A stretch of DNA of 64,000 bases from an uncultured Gammaproteobacteria bacterium (GCA_964496095.1 CAZBWU010000004.1:21366-85365), one strand, 5' to 3'. Shown: positions 40,220 to 49,558, counted from the first letter of the stretch. A program made the numbers and translations. The notes: a model not told the origin generated them from the letters alone.

Positions 40220-41101
40220 ATGACTGATTATAATATTTTAACTATTCCGTCAGAAAAAGACTACGAATTATTAGACAGTGGTGATGGAGAAAAATTAGAA
40301 CGCTATGGCGATGTGGTGGTGGCTAGACCAGATCCGCAAACTTTGTGGAAAAAAAATCTAAGCGAAGAAGATTGGCAGAAAGCCGACGCTTATTTTTATC
40401 GCGACAGCACCGATGCCAATTGGAATGTGCGTCGTGAATTACCAGAACGTTGGCCGATAGAAATCGCTGGTTTGAAGTTTTGGATTAAGCTCTCTGCTTT
40501 CAAGCATACAGGTGTCTTTCCAGAACAGGCTAGTAATTGGAATTGGATTCGAGAAAAAATCAAGAAAGCAAAGAGAGCTGAGAGTCCAAAAGTCTTAAAT
40601 CTTTTTGGTTATACCGGTGGTGCAACTTTGGCGGCTGCTCAAGCTGGAGCCGAGGTAGTCCATATTGATGGCTCCAAATCAGCTATTGGTTGGGCTCGTG
40701 ATAATGCTGAATTATCTGGTTTGTCAGAGAAGCCAGTTCGCTGGATTTTGGATGATGCGCAAAAATTTGTGACTCGAGAGATAAAACGTGGTAAAAAATA
40801 TGACGGCATTATTATGGATCCGCCAGCTTTTGGTCATGGTCCGGGCGGAGAAATGTGGAAAATAGAAGAAGACTTTTTGGGGCTTTTAGATTCTTGTAAA
40901 GAAATACTGAGCGACAAACCTCTATTTTTTATTGTTAATGGTTATGCTTCTGGTTATTCGGCGATTGCCTATAAAAATAGCTTGGGTGATTTGCTGAAAG
41001 ATTTTGGTGGTGAGATTGAAATTGGAGAATTGACTATGGGAGAATCGTCCAGCGACCGAGTTTTGCCAGCTGGTATTTTTGCGCGCTGGAGCTCTATTTA
41101 A
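40220..41101 (+). CDS. Class I SAM-dependent methyltransferase (RlmI/RlmK-like rRNA methyltransferase). The start is likely the ATG at about 40220 (MTDYNIL).
   Basis: VLNLFGYTGGATLAAAQAGA (motif I), IIMDPPAFG (motif IV DPP), PUA-less. Confidence 0.7.
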   Translation: MTDYNILTIPSEKDYELLDSGDGEKLERYGDVVVARPDPQTLWKKNLSEEDWQKADAYFYRDSTDANWNVRRELPERWPIEIAGLKFWIKLSAFKHTGVFPEQASNWNWIREKIKKAKRAESPKVLNLFGYTGGATLAAAQAGAEVVHIDGSKSAIGWARDNAELSGLSEKPVRWILDDAQKFVTREIKRGKKYDGIIMDPPAFGHGPGGEMWKIEEDFLGLLDSCKEILSDKPLFFIVNGYASGYSAIAYKNSLGDLLKDFGGEIEIGELTMGESSSDRVLPAGIFARWSSI

Positions 41102-41107
41102 AAAATT

Positions 41108-41776
41108 ATGTCCATTCAAATATTATACGAAGATAACCATTTAGTGGCTGTTTATAAACCACTTGGACTTTTGGTGCAAGGAGATAAGAGTGGAGATATT
41201 TGTTTGATGGATGAAGTTAAGGAATATTTAAAAAATAAGTACGAAAAACCGGGTAATGTTTTTTTGGGGCTAATTCATAGGCTCGATCGTAATGTGCAAG
41301 GTATTGTTTTGTTTGCCAAAACCAGCAAAGGCGCTAGCCGTTTGTCTGAGCAATTTCGTGAGCATACTGTCGAAAAAATTTATCATGCGGTGGTGGTTGG
41401 CAGACCTTCAAAAAATAAAGATACTTTATTGCATTGGTTAAAAAAAGATGAAAATGCCAACCGCACTACGGTTTATAATCAAAAAACCAAAGACGCTCAA
41501 GAAGCCCAATTGTCCTATGAAGTTGTAAAATCAAATGGAAATTATTCTTTGCTTAAAATTAAATTAGGCACTGGCAGATCTCATCAAATCCGTGCCCAGC
41601 TTGCTTTTATGGGGTGTCCGATTATTGGTGATATTAAATATGGTGCACCTGATGTTTTGCCAGACCACGCTATAATGCTCGCAGCCACTTCTCTTAGCTT
41701 TGATTTGGCAACTGGTGAGGAAAGAAAAAATATTACTGTTTCAGTGCCAAAAGATTGGGCCGAAGTGTATGCTTAA
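41108..41776 (+). CDS. RluA-family pseudouridine synthase
   Basis: Catalytic HRLDRNVQGIVLFAKT (HRLD...SG) motif. Confidence 0.85.
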   Translation: MSIQILYEDNHLVAVYKPLGLLVQGDKSGDICLMDEVKEYLKNKYEKPGNVFLGLIHRLDRNVQGIVLFAKTSKGASRLSEQFREHTVEKIYHAVVVGRPSKNKDTLLHWLKKDENANRTTVYNQKTKDAQEAQLSYEVVKSNGNYSLLKIKLGTGRSHQIRAQLAFMGCPIIGDIKYGAPDVLPDHAIMLAATSLSFDLATGEERKNITVSVPKDWAEVYA

Positions 41777-43037
41777 AAAATTTTTAGATTTTCATATTCA
41801 TTCTCGTTACTCTCGCGCTTGCTCGAAGGATTTAGACTTACCAAATATTGCCCGAGCCTGTGAGCAAAAGGGGATAAATATTGTTTCAACTGGCGACTTC
41901 ACGCACCCAGCCTGGTTTAAACACATCCAAGAAAATTTGGCTGAAGACAATCAAGGGCTGTATAAATTAAAAAATAATACTAGTCAGACCAGGTTTATTT
42001 TAGGCACCGAAATTTCTTGTATTTACAAAGACAAAGACGTGACTCGTCGCGTGCACTTACTTATCCTAGCACCTAGCATAGAAGCGGTAGCTAAGTTTAA
42101 TCAAGTTTTGACTGATAAAGGCGTAAATATTCGTTCGGATGGTCGCCCGATAATGGGTCTGTCCGCCAAAAATATCCTACAAATTTTATTAGATATTGAC
42201 CCTGGCTTTGTCTTGATCCCTGCCCATATTTGGACGCCCTGGTTTGCTGTTTTTGGTTCAAAATCAGGCTATGATAGGCTGGAGGATTGTTTTGAAGAGC
42301 TAACTCCGTATATTCGAGCTATCGAAACTGGACTGTCTAGCGACCCGACGATGAATCATCGTTTATCGGCTTTGGATAATATTACTTTGCTTTCAAATTC
42401 AGATGCACATAGTTTGAGTAATTTAGGTAGAGAAGCTAACGTTTTTGCATTTGATAGTGATAAAGAAATAACTTTTTATGAAATAAAAAGAATTATCCAA
42501 ACGGGTGATCGTAAAAAGTTTTTGTATAGTGTAGAATTTTACCCTGAAGAGGGGAAGTACCATTATGACGGCCATGCGACTTGTGAAGTTTGTTTGTCGC
42601 CAGTCCAGACGAAGCAAAATAAATTTATTTGTCCAAAGTGTAAAAAAAATTTAACGGTTGGAGTTTTACACCGCGTTGAAGATTTAGCTGACAGAAAAAA
42701 AATTGATATTCCGATAGAAAAGTTTATTCCACATCGATACATTGTCCCCCTTCGAGAGATTATTGCCAAAGTTTTTGAAGTGGGAGTGAGTAGTAAGAAA
42801 GTTTTAAAAGAGTATGATTTGTTAATCAGTAAAATTGGTAATGAATTTTTTATTTTATTAGATGCGGATGTTGGAGAAATCAAAAAACAAACAACTGATA
42901 AAAATATTGCGTTAGCTATCGCCAATATGCGTGAGGGAAATGTCAAAGTTAGTCCTGGTTATGATGGAATTTTTGGCTCAGTTGAGGTAAATTTACCGGT
43001 TGCTAAATTTAATAAAAAACAGAGCCGACTTTTTTAA
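41769..43037 (+). CDS. PHP-domain phosphoesterase with Zn-ribbon (endonuclease-Q-like). Start is likely about 41769 (MLKKFLDFHIHS), overlapping rluA by 8 nt.
   Basis: PHP signature FLDFHIHSRYSRA...DAHSLSNLGREANVF and a CxxC...CxxC ribbon (CEVCLSPVQTKQNKFICPKCKK). Confidence 0.5.
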   Translation: MLKKFLDFHIHSRYSRACSKDLDLPNIARACEQKGINIVSTGDFTHPAWFKHIQENLAEDNQGLYKLKNNTSQTRFILGTEISCIYKDKDVTRRVHLLILAPSIEAVAKFNQVLTDKGVNIRSDGRPIMGLSAKNILQILLDIDPGFVLIPAHIWTPWFAVFGSKSGYDRLEDCFEELTPYIRAIETGLSSDPTMNHRLSALDNITLLSNSDAHSLSNLGREANVFAFDSDKEITFYEIKRIIQTGDRKKFLYSVEFYPEEGKYHYDGHATCEVCLSPVQTKQNKFICPKCKKNLTVGVLHRVEDLADRKKIDIPIEKFIPHRYIVPLREIIAKVFEVGVSSKKVLKEYDLLISKIGNEFFILLDADVGEIKKQTTDKNIALAIANMREGNVKVSPGYDGIFGSVEVNLPVAKFNKKQSRLF

Positions 43038-43157
43038 TTGTCATCCTGAACTTGCTTCAGGATCTCTATATACTAATGGATGCTGAAATAAATTCAGCAT
43101 CACAGAATTTTAAGAATAAAAAAACTCCTCGAATTTAATCGGGGAGTTTTTTGAAGA

Positions 43158-43229
43158 CTATCTGCGAGCCTTTTTAGCTGTTTTCTTTTTTGCTACTTTC
43201 TTAGCCTTAGCTTTCTTTTTAGCTGCCAT
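43158..43229 (-). CDS. Putative 23-aa Lys/Ala-rich basic peptide (MAAKKKAKAKKVAKKKTAKKARR)
   Basis: Strong RBS GAGGAGGTG 6 nt upstream of ATG; followed by a bidirectional hairpin terminator (43119-43152). Too short to be in the ORF track. Confidence 0.25.
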   Translation of the reverse strand: MAAKKKAKAKKVAKKKTAKKARR

Positions 43230-43511
43230 ATTGTGCACCTCCTCTCATTTTTATAATTTATATAAGTTTTTTCTACTCGCGAGGAAAGAAAAAACTTATT
43301 GAAGAAACTTTTACAAGACAAGCATTGCTGTAAAAATTTATCTCGACTTATTTATTATAGAATGTTTTTTATAAATTGTGAATAGTAAAAGTGAAAGTTA
43401 TACACAGGGTAGGTAAAATTTTATTTTTTTAAAAATAAAATAAAAAATATTTTATTAAAAAATTATAAATAAAAAATTCCGATGAAGTCGGAATTTTAAA
43501 TTTATCTTATG

Positions 43512-43583
43512 TGCTCCCGAAGGGAATCGAACCCCTGTCTTCAGGTTCGAAGCCTGATATTCTATCCGCTGAACTACGGGAGC
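43512..43583 (-). tRNA. tRNA-Arg (anticodon TCG)
   Basis: Minus-strand GCTCCCG...anticodon loop CTTCGAA...GGGGTTCGATTCCCT...CGGGAGC-A. Confidence 0.7.
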
Positions 43584-43639
43584 AATTTATTTTTGTTTGT
43601 GTGGGACGCTTAGCGTCCCAGGTACAACGCTTAACGTTG

Positions 43640-43712
43640 TGGGTCGCGTGGGGATCGAACCCACGACCTTATCCTTAAGAGGGATCTGCTCTACCAGCTG
43701 AGCTAGCGACCC
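43640..43712 (-). tRNA. tRNA-Lys (anticodon CTT)
   Basis: Minus-strand GGGTCGC TAGCTCAGCTGGTAGAGC...anticodon loop CTCTTAA...GTGGGTTCGATCCCCAC GCGACCC-A. Confidence 0.7.
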
Positions 43713-43835
43713 GATTGTGCATTGACTATGCTTTATCGGAAAAATTTATTTTATTTATAACTGATTATAGTGTGTCGCTAGCGAGGCTGTAAGCTGCCTG
43801 CCCCGCTACTGCGGGGAGCTAGCGACCCGGTTGTT

Positions 43836-44594
43836 TTATTCGTTTAGTTTTATTATATTTATCTTTGGTCCTTTCCATCCTTTGATTTTGAGTCCTGCCT
43901 CAGCCGCTTCAGTTTGGGCTTCTTGTTTGCTAGTACCGCTACCGGTAGCGATTAATTCTTTGTTTAAATAAATACCTACTTTAAACGATTTGATATGGTC
44001 AGGCCCTTCTTCTTCTAGAACTTTGTAGGTTGGGGTAACTCCTTCTATTTCTTGGGCAGATTCTTGGAAGCGACTCTTTGCATCCATATATAGTCCATTT
44101 TCTAAAATGTAAGGAAGTTTTGGTAAAACCCATTGGCCGATAAATTTTTGGGTTACTTCATAACCTCTGTCTATATAGATAGAGCCGATGAGCGCTTCGA
44201 TGGCATTGGCCATAATATAGTCTCGAGCTTTGGTGCCTGCGTCTTTGGCTTCGCCATGACTAAGGAATAAATATTCTTCCATGCCAATTTCGTAAGCGAT
44301 GCTTGCGAGAATTTTGGCATTAACGAGAGCTGCGCGCCAGTTGGTAAGTTCGCCTTCAGGGTTGCCGTATTCTCGAAAAAGAAATTCAGTGACAATAAGT
44401 TCCAAAACCGCATCTCCCAAAAATTCTAAACGTTCATTATGTCCCAAAATAAAATCATGATGTTCGTTGAGGTATGATCGGTGGACAAAAGCTTGTACCA
44501 AAATTTCAGGATGCTTAAATTTGATATCTAATTTTTCCTGTAATCCTGGAAAATCTTTTTCCTTAACTTCTTCCAGATCAAAAACTTTTGACAT
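43836..44594 (-). CDS. rnc: Ribonuclease III. The likely start is MSKVFDL at about 44594; the track ORF extends to 44663.
   Basis: RNase III signature ERLEFLGDAVLELIV; C-terminal dsRBD. Confidence 0.9.
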   Translation of the reverse strand: MSKVFDLEEVKEKDFPGLQEKLDIKFKHPEILVQAFVHRSYLNEHHDFILGHNERLEFLGDAVLELIVTEFLFREYGNPEGELTNWRAALVNAKILASIAYEIGMEEYLFLSHGEAKDAGTKARDYIMANAIEALIGSIYIDRGYEVTQKFIGQWVLPKLPYILENGLYMDAKSRFQESAQEIEGVTPTYKVLEEEGPDHIKSFKVGIYLNKELIATGSGTSKQEAQTEAAEAGLKIKGWKGPKINIIKLNE

Positions 44595-44601
44595 AATAAT
44601 T

Positions 44602-45039
44602 TTATTTACTTGTTTCTTTTTCTTTATCATCCATTTCTTTGTAGATAGCGCCAAGGACGCCATTTACAAATCTACCAGAGGATGGACCGCCAAAATTTTT
44701 AGCTAGTTCGATTGCCTCATTGATGGCTACTTTGGGCGGGACTTCGTTCTTAAATTTGAGTTCGTAGATACCAATACGTAAGACATTTCTATCAATAATA
44801 GTAATTTGATCAATCGGCCATTGCGGAGCATATTTTTGGATCAAAGTGTCTATTTCTTTCATATTGCCCACAACTTCCTCTATAATTTTTTTGGCAAATT
44901 CAGTTTCGTCCAACCCCGGGCCAAACTCTCTTAGATCTCTATCCATAATAGTCGGCAAAATATCCGCCGGTTGCCCGCGGAAATCCCATTCAAAGAGTGC
45001 CTGCATAGCAATACTTCTTGCTAAATGGCGGTTAGACAT
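44602..45039 (-). CDS. nusB: Transcription antitermination factor NusB
   Basis: [20 protein letters not shown]...[13 protein letters not shown] NusB fold, 145 aa. Confidence 0.85.
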   Translation of the reverse strand: MSNRHLARSIAMQALFEWDFRGQPADILPTIMDRDLREFGPGLDETEFAKKIIEEVVGNMKEIDTLIQKYAPQWPIDQITIIDRNVLRIGIYELKFKNEVPPKVAINEAIELAKNFGGPSSGRFVNGVLGAIYKEMDDKEKETSK

Positions 45040-45075
45040 ATGTTATGTGCGAAGATAGGAAATTGAAGAATCAAA

Positions 45076-45294
45076 CTATTTAGAAGCCTTTGTTTTTCTT
45101 GTGGTGCGAGTAGCGCGTTTGTCAACATTTACTACACTGCGTCCCTTGTAAGTGCCACAAAAAGCGCACGCGCGATGTGGGCGAAGAGGTTTTTTGCATT
45201 TAGGACAAGCGTTGAAAGCGGTTGTCTCAAGCGCAAAATGCGCGGCGCGTCGGCGTTTGTGTGAAGATGTTCGTCTATGGCCAGGTAAACCCAT
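45076..45294 (-). CDS. rpmF: 50S ribosomal protein L32. The likely start is MGLPGHRR at about 45294; the track ORF extends to 45354.
   Basis: Basic N-terminus (HRRTSSHKRRR) and the zinc-ribbon CPKCKKPLRPHRACAFCGTYKGR. Confidence 0.8.
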   Translation of the reverse strand: MGLPGHRRTSSHKRRRAAHFALETTAFNACPKCKKPLRPHRACAFCGTYKGRSVVNVDKRATRTTRKTKASK

Positions 45295-45496
45295 ATTTTT
45301 TAAGGTTGAGCCAAATGAAAAAAATGTTGTTTTTTCATTTGCGAAGCCTGACAAAAATTCAAGCTTTGCTTCTATGTCTGAATTTAAGGTAAGTAAATTA
45401 GGTTAATGATGAATAATATTCTACTATAAATTGATAATTTTGGCAAGAGCTAGGCCAAAAATAGTGCCAAAAACCCTATATTTTAAGCAATTTGGA

Positions 45497-45525
45497 TTGA
45501 CAAAATGGCTAAAATATGCTATAAT
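45497..45525 (+). promoter_or_regulatory. Perfect-consensus sigma70 promoter upstream of the 45561 hypothetical operon
   Basis: TTGACA, 17 nt, TATAAT. Confidence 0.65.
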
Positions 45526-45560
45526 ATTTAAGTAAATTTAGTTATTTTAAGTTATTTTTT

Positions 45561-46958
45561 ATGAGAGTACCAGAGGGGGAACAATTATTTAAAATAGACA
45601 CTAGTTCCTTAGTTCACAGCAAGGGAGCCAGAACCAAGTCTGTAGTTGTTGACTCCCGGTATTTACAGGCGATTGAAGAGGAAAAAAATGCCCTTGAACA
45701 AGGTAAACCAGTAGCTACAACAGAGGTTGCTTTAACAGCCTCTAATGCAAAAAATTTAGAAAGAGATGGAGTTGATAATCTTGCAAGAGAACTTGAATTG
45801 TTAAGCGAACAAATTGCTCCAGAAAGTAACCTTATTAGAGATAACCTAAGGGCTACTAGGGAAATGAAAAATGCAAAATTAATAGCTGAAAATGAATTTG
45901 CAAAAAAAATAGTAGCAGACTTTTCAAGTGCCGCAATGTTGAGAAAAGATCATATTTTAAAAGATAAAACAGTCAAGCCGTTAGGTAAAAATAAAAAAGT
46001 ATCAGCCAAGATTTCTAATACTGATACTACTTATACTGAGAAACAAATGGTTGGCTCGACTCCAAAAATAATGACTATGGCCGAGGCTAAACGTATTTTA
46101 GATAAGAAAAACAATCCAGTTCAGACAATTTTTGTTCATGAATCGGCATCCCAGCTTTCAGATGCTCAATTAAGAGATATTGAAGCTAAGAAAATCGAAG
46201 TAATAAGAAAGCATAAACAGGAAGAGGTGAATATTAGAAATCAAAAAGAAGAGATAAGGAAAACACGATTTATAGCAGACGGTTTTCAAGTAGCTTATGC
46301 TACGGCTTTAAGAGAAGTGTATCCCCAAAAGTATGGCAAAGTAAGTGTTGAGGATCTTGTTTTTGAAAAACCACCTAAAGTGACTTGGTTTTCAAGAAAT
46401 AAGACAAAAAAACAATCTTTAAATGATCTTTATAATAAAATGATTTTAGCCGTGGATGTGGCAGATGAGGCAGCTGGGCAAAGTACGATATATAAAAATG
46501 CGCTAAAATTAAAAGAAAATATTGATTTAGATCTAGAATCAATTAATGCCAAAGATCCTGAATTTTTAAAAGTTAAGGAGCAATTGCCAAATTTAAGAAA
46601 AGCAATTCAAGAGGCTGAAGAGAAAGAAAGTCAAGTAATACATTCAAAAAACATTACAGAAGGTTTGTATTTGCCTAAAGAACATCTAGCCTTCCAGTTA
46701 AAAGCTGGTGAAGCTGAAGAAGAGAGAGAGCTGGCAAAAATGAGATTGCAAAATGAAGCAGAGGGCATAGAGTATTTAAGTGAAGCTGAACTGCAAAAGC
46801 AGTTAAAGCCCAGAGATCTGAAATTTGATGAAGCAAATATAGAAAATTGGTATATTAAAGACAATGAACAGCTACCTGAACAAAAGGTAGAATCAAAGCC
46901 GGGTCTTTGGGGGAAGTTAAAGAGTGGATTAAAAGGAATTTTTTCCAAATCTAAATAA
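45561..46958 (+). CDS. Hypothetical Lys/Glu-rich coiled-coil protein
   Basis: 465 aa, no TM, no recognisable domain; C-terminal basic amphipathic tail ...KPGLWGKLKSGLKGIFSKSK. Confidence 0.4.
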   Translation: MRVPEGEQLFKIDTSSLVHSKGARTKSVVVDSRYLQAIEEEKNALEQGKPVATTEVALTASNAKNLERDGVDNLARELELLSEQIAPESNLIRDNLRATREMKNAKLIAENEFAKKIVADFSSAAMLRKDHILKDKTVKPLGKNKKVSAKISNTDTTYTEKQMVGSTPKIMTMAEAKRILDKKNNPVQTIFVHESASQLSDAQLRDIEAKKIEVIRKHKQEEVNIRNQKEEIRKTRFIADGFQVAYATALREVYPQKYGKVSVEDLVFEKPPKVTWFSRNKTKKQSLNDLYNKMILAVDVADEAAGQSTIYKNALKLKENIDLDLESINAKDPEFLKVKEQLPNLRKAIQEAEEKESQVIHSKNITEGLYLPKEHLAFQLKAGEAEEERELAKMRLQNEAEGIEYLSEAELQKQLKPRDLKFDEANIENWYIKDNEQLPEQKVESKPGLWGKLKSGLKGIFSKSK

Positions 46959-46976
46959 TTTTTAATTTAAAATTAT

Positions 46977-47912
46977 ATGAGCCCAGAAGTAGGAACAAGA
47001 TCTCCCCATGAAGAAACAGTGCATATGCGACCATCGGGTCGTGAACATCAAGATGCCGGTGGCGATACAGAGCACGTATTAACTGACGGTGATTTGGAGT
47101 TATTGAACAAAGATGAAAACGGTGATGCTGAAACAGTCGATGAATTTAAAGACGAGTACACAGCTGTAACCCCATCTCCGTTTAAAGTTAAGGATACAAG
47201 GGGCACAATTGAAGATATTGTCGCAGCAAGCCCTCAAATGAATCCTAATAGAAATATTAGTCACCGAGATGTTAGTAGACCAATCGGTCAGTTTGCCAAA
47301 GGCACATCTCCACGCAAGAGAGAGTTGCCTTTAAAGCCCCCGTCTGATAATGATGCAGTCGCAACACGAGATTTTTCAGCTTTGACTAGAGAGCTCCAAA
47401 CTGGAGAAGTTGCGACAAGAACTAGTGTTAAGCTAAAGAGCGGGGATTATGTTGAAGATGTAGATGATGTTGATCTGGAACCAGATGATATAACACGTGA
47501 GCAGCTCTTAGCTGACGTTCATGGTGAAAGAAAATTTATTAATCATCTTACTCCAGTAGAGGTTGTAGAAATTATGAATCGAGAGCCCGTAATGGAATTA
47601 GGTATTAATGATTTAGAGGAAATTACAGTCAAGGATTTTGAAGGTAAAGCCGGCGAAAAATTACGTGCCAAACTTACCGGAGAAGAAGTGTATCAGATTA
47701 TGGCTAGAGAAGCTGAAGAACTTAAGGGGGCCGAGCCAATCTTGGATCATCAACTTCAGCAGGTAACTGTAGCAGATTTAAATAATCCAAACATTATTAG
47801 ACAACTTGGTAAAGAAGGAGTTTGGCAGGTTGTAAACCAAAAACCAGCAAAAATGGGCCTTGGCGCAAAAATTGCATCTTTCGGAAGAAAATTATTTGGT
47901 ATATCTAAATAA
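46977..47912 (+). CDS. Hypothetical acidic (Asp/Glu-rich) protein
   Basis: 311 aa, likely disordered N-half; C-terminal basic tail ...KPAKMGLGAKIASFGRKLFGISK similar to the upstream gene. Confidence 0.4.
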   Translation: MSPEVGTRSPHEETVHMRPSGREHQDAGGDTEHVLTDGDLELLNKDENGDAETVDEFKDEYTAVTPSPFKVKDTRGTIEDIVAASPQMNPNRNISHRDVSRPIGQFAKGTSPRKRELPLKPPSDNDAVATRDFSALTRELQTGEVATRTSVKLKSGDYVEDVDDVDLEPDDITREQLLADVHGERKFINHLTPVEVVEIMNREPVMELGINDLEEITVKDFEGKAGEKLRAKLTGEEVYQIMAREAEELKGAEPILDHQLQQVTVADLNNPNIIRQLGKEGVWQVVNQKPAKMGLGAKIASFGRKLFGISK

Positions 47913-47930
47913 TTTATTAACGTAAATTGT

Positions 47931-48254
47931 ATGAAACAGCCTAGACCAGAAAATTTTTACCAGGATCTTAACAGAGTAAGAAAATCAGTAAAAATCCCTG
48001 ATAAAAAACTGGAAAAAATATTAGCAGATCAAGCAGCTGATAATGGGCGTTTGTTAGACTCAGAGGTTCCATACCAACAAGCTATGGCAGAAGGAATTGA
48101 AAAAAGCGATCAAAGGTTAAATGCTGAAATAGCTAATCGAGAAGCAAGTCGGGAAGCTGCAATAGCAAAATCCATGGCGGAAATAAGAGCTGCCCGTGAA
48201 GTAGCTGATGAAAATAGACGAGCGGAAATAAAAGCAAAATTTAATATTGAATAA
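47931..48254 (+). CDS. Hypothetical small coiled-coil protein
   Basis: 107 aa, Ala/Glu/Arg-rich heptad-like C-terminus; last gene before the terminator at 48261-48285. Confidence 0.35.
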   Translation: MKQPRPENFYQDLNRVRKSVKIPDKKLEKILADQAADNGRLLDSEVPYQQAMAEGIEKSDQRLNAEIANREASREAAIAKSMAEIRAAREVADENRRAEIKAKFNIE

Positions 48255-48260
48255 TTTATA

Positions 48261-48285
48261 AAAAGACCCTTGTAGGGTCTTTTTA
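48261..48285 (+). terminator. Rho-independent terminator
   Basis: AAAAGACCCT-TGTA-GGGTCTTTTT. Confidence 0.7.
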
Positions 48286-48361
48286 AGTACTCTAATTTGA
48301 TTTTTCATCTCTATTTAGGTAAGATGGGCTAATGGAAATACAAAATATTATGCCGATTTTG

Positions 48362-48420
48362 CCTCAGCAAAATCGAGCATCCACGATCTCTATGCGAATC
48401 GAGATCGGGACAGATCAAAA
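48362..48420 (+). repeat. Two-hairpin structured repeat, family B (copy 1)
   Basis: GCCGATTTTGC-CTCA-GCAAAATCGAG CATCCA CGATCTC-TATGCGAATC-GAGATCG GGA. Confidence 0.6.
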
Positions 48421-49558
48421 ACACTGGGATCAGTGGCTTGTAGACAACGCAAGCTCGGGAAATTTTACTCAGTCTTGGGCTTGGGGCGATGTTTTGATTG
48501 CAGAAGGAAAAAAGGTAGAACGATTGGTAGTGGTAGAAAATGGTGAAGTGTTAGCGCAAGCGCAGGTGGTTTATAGCCAGATTTTTTTTAGTTGGCAGTA
48601 TGCTTTTTGCTCACAAGGACCCATTATTAGTTCACAGTTTGCAGTTCATAGCCTGCCTGCCGGACAGGCAGGTTCGCAGGTTTACGAATGCATTTTAAAA
48701 TATTTAGAAAATAAAAACTGTATTTTTTTTAGAGTAGAGCCCGAAACAATGGTTCCCAGTTCCAAGTTTGCAGTTCAGAAAACAATTGATATAAATCCAT
48801 CTGCGACGTTAGTTTTAGATTTGAATAAATCTTTAGATGGTTTACTTGGAGGTATGCACAGTAAAACTAGATATAATATTCATCTGGCAGAAAAGAAAAA
48901 TTTGGAAATTAAAAATGAAAAGAACTTGGAAGTATTTTGGGGCTTGATGAATAAAACCGGCAGTCGAGATAAGTTTGGTTTGCACCATAAGAGTCATTAT
49001 GAGAAGGTCCTAGCTTCGCCAATGGTGTATCAATTAACGGCTTATCACCGCCTAAGTGGGACCCCGCCTCATGGCGGTGGCGAACAAGATAAGCCGGTGG
49101 CTTGTGCTGTCTTTGTTAGATTTGGCAATACATTTACTTATCTTTACGGCGCTTCGGATTATGAATTCAGAAATTTGATGGCGCCATATCTGTTGCAATG
49201 GGAAGGAATGAAAATGGGAAAAAAATTTGGTTGTGAGCGATATGATTTTTTTGGGGTGGCACCACGGCTAAATGTCATTCCCGCCACAAGCGGGAATCCA
49301 GACAATTTGAACGTACCCTGGATTCCCAATCAAGTTGGGAATGACAACGGACAAACCGGACAGGGATCCTTCGGGGCGTTAACCTCTCAGGATGACAGTT
49401 ATAAATACGACTCCAAGCATCAGTATGCAGGTGTCACTCGTTTTAAATTAGGTTTTGGTGGTGCATCTCAACAAATGCCAGGCACTTTTGATTTAGTGAT
49501 TGATAGAAAAAAATATTTTATTTATGGACTGTTGAGAAAATTACGGCGACTGTTTTAA
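48392..49558 (+). CDS. FemAB-family peptidoglycan bridge-formation (aminoacyl-tRNA-dependent) transferase. The start is probably MRIEIG at about 48392; the track ORF (48332) reads through a repeat element.
   Basis: SGNFTQSWAWGDVL...VVYSQIFFSWQYAFCSQGPI...HSKTRYNIHLAEKKNLEIK typical of FemX/FemA. Contains a Gly/Asn-rich insertion (about 50 aa) near the C-terminal third. Confidence 0.65.
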   Translation: MRIEIGTDQKHWDQWLVDNASSGNFTQSWAWGDVLIAEGKKVERLVVVENGEVLAQAQVVYSQIFFSWQYAFCSQGPIISSQFAVHSLPAGQAGSQVYECILKYLENKNCIFFRVEPETMVPSSKFAVQKTIDINPSATLVLDLNKSLDGLLGGMHSKTRYNIHLAEKKNLEIKNEKNLEVFWGLMNKTGSRDKFGLHHKSHYEKVLASPMVYQLTAYHRLSGTPPHGGGEQDKPVACAVFVRFGNTFTYLYGASDYEFRNLMAPYLLQWEGMKMGKKFGCERYDFFGVAPRLNVIPATSGNPDNLNVPWIPNQVGNDNGQTGQGSFGALTSQDDSYKYDSKHQYAGVTRFKLGFGGASQQMPGTFDLVIDRKKYFIYGLLRKLRRLF

